From positions 68,510,001 to 68,574,000 of the forward strand of contig JANJGN010000007.1 of NCBI GenBank assembly GCA_026770705.1: DNA of 64,000 nucleotides, in the 5' to 3' direction. Of the stretch, positions 60,146-64,000 are shown one piece after another. The position numbers and the translations under genes are program-made. The number at the start of each line of letters is the position of its first letter. Position 1 is the stretch's first letter. This stretch comes from Isurus oxyrinchus. Its lineage: Eukaryota. The notes under the pieces were generated by a model that worked only from the letters and a program-made list of their open reading frames with translations, made no database searches and was not told where the DNA came from.

Positions 60146-60960
60146 AGACTACGGGACACAGATTTAAAGTTTTGGGCAAGAGATGCAGGGGGAATGTGAG
60201 GAAGAACCTTTTTATACATCAAGTGGTACTGACTTGGAATTCGCTGCCCACGGGGGTGGTGGATGTGGAGATGATCAATGATTTCAAAAAGAAGTTAGAT
60301 AGCCAGGATTGGGCATAACTTCCTTGCTTTTGTATTTCATGCTCTATTTATAAAGCCAAGGATGCTGTCTGTCTTTTAAACCACCTTCTCAATTTGCCCT
60401 GCCACCTTCAAAGATAGTTGGACATCCATGCTCCTAACTCTCTTTTCTTGAATACTTTTAAAATTGTACTACTTAGTTTAAACAAAAGCAAAATACTGCA
60501 GATGCTGGAAATCTGAAATAAAAACAGAAAATGCTGGAAATACTTGGCAGGTCAGGCTACATTTCTGGCTAGAAGCAGAATTAACATTGTGACTCTTCAT
60601 CAGAACTAGTGTTGCGTCTCTGTATTCTTCCAACCAAAATGAATTATTCTGTTGTATGTCTGCTCGTTCTGTTGGTCTGTTTAAGTCTTCATGAAGTCAG
60701 CTGCTATCCTCTTCACTGTTTATTGCATTTCCAAGTTTTGTGTTATCTGTAGACTTTGAAATTAAACCCTGTATGCCAAGGTCCAGGCAGATATTTAAGG
60801 AACAGTGGTCCCAATACCTGGATGAAACCGCTGTATACTTTCCTCCTGTCTGAAAAATAAACAATCACCACTATTTCTCTGCTTTCTATCCTTTAGCCAA
60901 CGCTGTACTCGCACAACCAGTGTCCCCTTAATCAAATTGCCTTCAATTTAGCTAACCAAA
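60145..60960. mobile_element. Mixed CR1 fragments with a Penelope-type short element at 60480-60610
   Basis: TTGHRFKVLGKR..VRKNLF..WNSLP on the plus strand, followed by minus-strand CR1 RT remnants. Confidence 0.65.
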
Positions 60961-61924
60961 AAGGCACCATAGCAACATGTAATGTCTGAGTGAACACTCT
61001 ATTGGCAATGCAAAGGCTGCTTTTATTTCAGACTCTCTGGACTATGCTCCTCTAGATGTAACAAACAATATAAGAGGAGACCCGGAAATGTAATTGCTGC
61101 TGTATGCCTGCTCCCAATAGGCGACCTTTTAGTGTTCAATTACTCATGTGCATGTACAATGCCTTTCACAGCACTGGGCGTCAGAGAAACCTGTTGACGT
61201 TGCTGTGGTGGAGGTGAAAAGTTTTTGCAACTCATTTTAGGATGTGATTGATTGCACAGACTATTGAAAGAATTTTTCTTAAAAAAACTTGAAAATTAAA
61301 TTTTAATTACAGCTTGGAGGCTGAGTGCCAACTAAAAATAATTTCTGGGTCTGGCTAGCCTTGACAATTGAAGATTGTCACGTGTGTTAATAATGATATA
61401 AAGGCACAAATCACTCATAAGGGATTGTGTAAGCACGTGTGGGCTCATTTATTAATTCTAGACATATGTGAACAGGTATACATGGACAGAAAGCTTGATA
61501 ACATCAGCAGCAGAGCTGTGTGTGCGGTGTTCTGCTTCAGGCCGAAGTGAAACTGAGGCTGAACCACATGGTACACTCCCCTTAAAGTGATGGCATATTA
61601 CAACAAAGATCACTTGAGGTAGTGGTGCATCTTTGTGGCAGGCAGTTGTCCCATCACACTGGACTGATTGAATAGTATGGAGGCCACTGCATATTTCTAG
61701 CAAATTTTTGTTTCACTTTGGATATTCAGTATTTTTACTTTTTTCATTTTATCCCCATGGCTTCTAAAATTTGTAGTTTTCTCATGTGCTTTATTTGAGG
61801 AAACTCTCAAATATTTGTGAATCCAGCCTTCCTTGGAAAGCCTAGGGCAATCCCTTATTTTTGAATGATTTTCCAAATATACCCTGAACACACTATCCTC
61901 CCTGCTGGACTATGAAATACAAGT

Positions 61925-62636
61925 GGCCAGAATTTTCTGGAAAAGTAGCAACAAGTTAATGGCACATGTCCTTATTGGTATGTATATATAAAAAAATCAG
62001 CAATTTCTGGTGAGGAAGAGATATGCCGGGAATTGCGAATTGCCACAGGTGCTGGACGATTTGGCTACTCTGCCATTAGCCTCACAAACAGGATAGTGTT
62101 GTCAATCACCTATGTGTTTCAAAAAACAGCTAGATTTGAGCTGCAAATATGAATTAAACTCTCTGCAGAAAGCTGGAGCTGGTATTTCATAATGTAAGAA
62201 TCATGTAATGAGATTTATGTTTCTGCAATGGCACTCAGACATGGAAGCCCAGAAAGGGAACAGTTGGAACTATTGGGTTTTACTCTTGCAGGTAGTAAAT
62301 TGCTCTTAGAGACTTTTAAATAAATTTTAAAGCTGCAATTTAAAAACGCTCTTACTTTTCCTTTGACTTTTCTTTCTCAATCCGATCTCTCTCTCCCACT
62401 TTATTTCTTTCTGTTTCTAATTTGAATCCAATTCACCCTATTTTCTTCTCTGTTATTTTTCTTTATCCTTAAATTTGATTGGCTAATAAAAGGTGTCATT
62501 CATCTTTTGCCTCACCATTTCATTATCAGCTCACATTTCCAGTAATTTGCCGCTCAAAACTAATTGGAGCTGATGGGTGAGGGGAAAAAAATCCATTGCT
62601 CATTGTGAGATACCCCACTGCAGCAAATTCTAGGCC
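61925..62636. mobile_element. Harbinger-type non-autonomous DNA transposon (MITE)
   Basis: TIRs GGCCAGAATTTTCTG ... CAGCAAATTCTAGGCC, similar to the GGCCATAAAATTC end at 8326; no ORF. Confidence 0.65.
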
Positions 62637-64000
62637 ATTGAGACGTTAAAGGCACTAGCATGCTGGCTTTATAATGTTCATCAGCATCATGACACAAACA
62701 TGATGGCATTCATCCTGAATCAGTATCACCTTTGTTTGCACGCAGTAATACACCTTTAACCAGTTTTTTAGGGGCCTACACCAAGATTGGAAAAGACAGC
62801 AAAGCATAGAAGAGTGCCCGATGCACTTTGCCATCCCTGGTCTAGAACAGGTAAGTAAAGGGGCTGAAAATATCTGGCCTTTCTGGTGCAATCCCACCAT
62901 ACTCATAGAATCGCATCATTGGACAGAAGTTAGGCCAAGATTCGTTTATGATCAGTACTTGCCACTTTCTATGGGCCTTGCTTGGGGTTGAACTAACACT
63001 TCCAAAGATGGCTATTGGGTACATTTCTGGGAATAGTATTTCCCTTACTGATGTGGGCAACTTTTGCTGACGTTTAGAGCCTTTGCTCCCTAGCTGATAT
63101 GTATACTAAGTGACATGAATGCTTGCTGACATTATTTAAAGTTGGTGACGTTCCTCTAAACTGACACACTTTTACAGGGTCAGTGCTGGTGGTCACTGGC
63201 AGGGTTCATCCTTGCACTTAGGCCATGCATTTTCAGCCTCAAGTATTATGCACTTTATGGCTTAAAATTGATGGCAAATAGTCAGCTTTTTTAGTTTAAT
63301 TTAAACCCGAGTAGACATTCCATTTGGATATCAAATGTCAACGTCACAGATTTGAACTTTAAACTTAGGAATGCACAAGAAAAATGTAAATTTGTGTAAG
63401 TGTCCAACTATGGACCTCCATCAGTACAATTGTGAAAGTAACCATGAGAAGAAATGTATGGATAGCTGAGGGCAAACCTCCCTCTGATTTTTCTCTTGGT
63501 AACTGAGACCATTAATGAAAAGCAAACTTTTATTGTAATGTGTTAAATGTACTCTCGACTCTTCTGTAAGTTTAGAAAAACCTCAAGATGCAAATGTAAG
63601 TTTTAGTTAAAAGTCAGGATTGCCTCACTGAACATTTGGTGATTTTTATCAGACATTAGAGTCAATTACTTTCTGCTCAAATGTCCAACAAAATCATAAA
63701 GATTTTCCTGATGACCACTTTCCTGACTCTCTGCCCTTTGTAGTAAAATTATCGTGAAAAGAGAACCATATTTCACTGTAGGTGGTGCTGTAGAGAGACA
63801 CTGGAAGACAGAAAAATTGGATGAGCTGTATCAATTGGGTTGTTGTCAGTTGCATACTAATTGTCTAGTAGAATTACCAGCAGCATCAGACTGGGCAGGC
63901 CGGGTTGCTCACTTCTCTTCCTTGAATGCAGGAGATGTGTGGTTAGTGAAAGAGGAAAATTGGTATCAAAAGATCTTCACTCTCTTGATCTCCCTATGTC

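Noticed and set aside
1-64000. CRISPR arrays, operons, prokaryotic defence systems, rRNA
   Set aside because: The sequence is vertebrate intronic DNA; no repeat-spacer periodicity or rRNA similarity was seen.

Overview
A 64 kb, repeat-dominated stretch of eukaryotic DNA, most likely from a cartilaginous fish such as a shark. This assignment is inferred from the repeat content: CR1 LINEs, DeuSINE/SacSINE1-like SINEs, and Penelope and Tx1 elements. Only one host coding exon is visible: an 879-bp, phase-0 exon (6674-7552, +) of the presynaptic scaffold gene bassoon (BSN), running from the end of zinc finger 1 to the middle of zinc finger 2. Everything else is intron, and the downstream intron exceeds 56 kb because the next exon was not seen. 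The introns contain an old antisense processed pseudogene of the 5' part of nucleoporin TPR and a decayed Gmr1-type Gypsy gag split by a solo LTR. They also contain further solo LTRs with target-site duplications (TSDs), a decayed Harbinger transposase, a young Penelope RT/GIY-YIG element and an ORF2-only Tx1 LINE with a 16-bp TSD. Many CR1 copies are present, one near full length inside a triple nest, along with several SINEs and MITEs. The most interesting signals are (i) minimal hammerhead-ribozyme motifs with a non-canonical CUGUCGA core in the Penelope family, including a 168-bp hairpin mini-element with its own TSD, (ii) a LINE family whose 5' end is a tRNA-like A/B-box head, kept in differently deleted copies, and (iii) the 5'-only TPR retrocopy. 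All protein and family assignments are from motif recognition by eye, and boundaries without TSDs are approximate.
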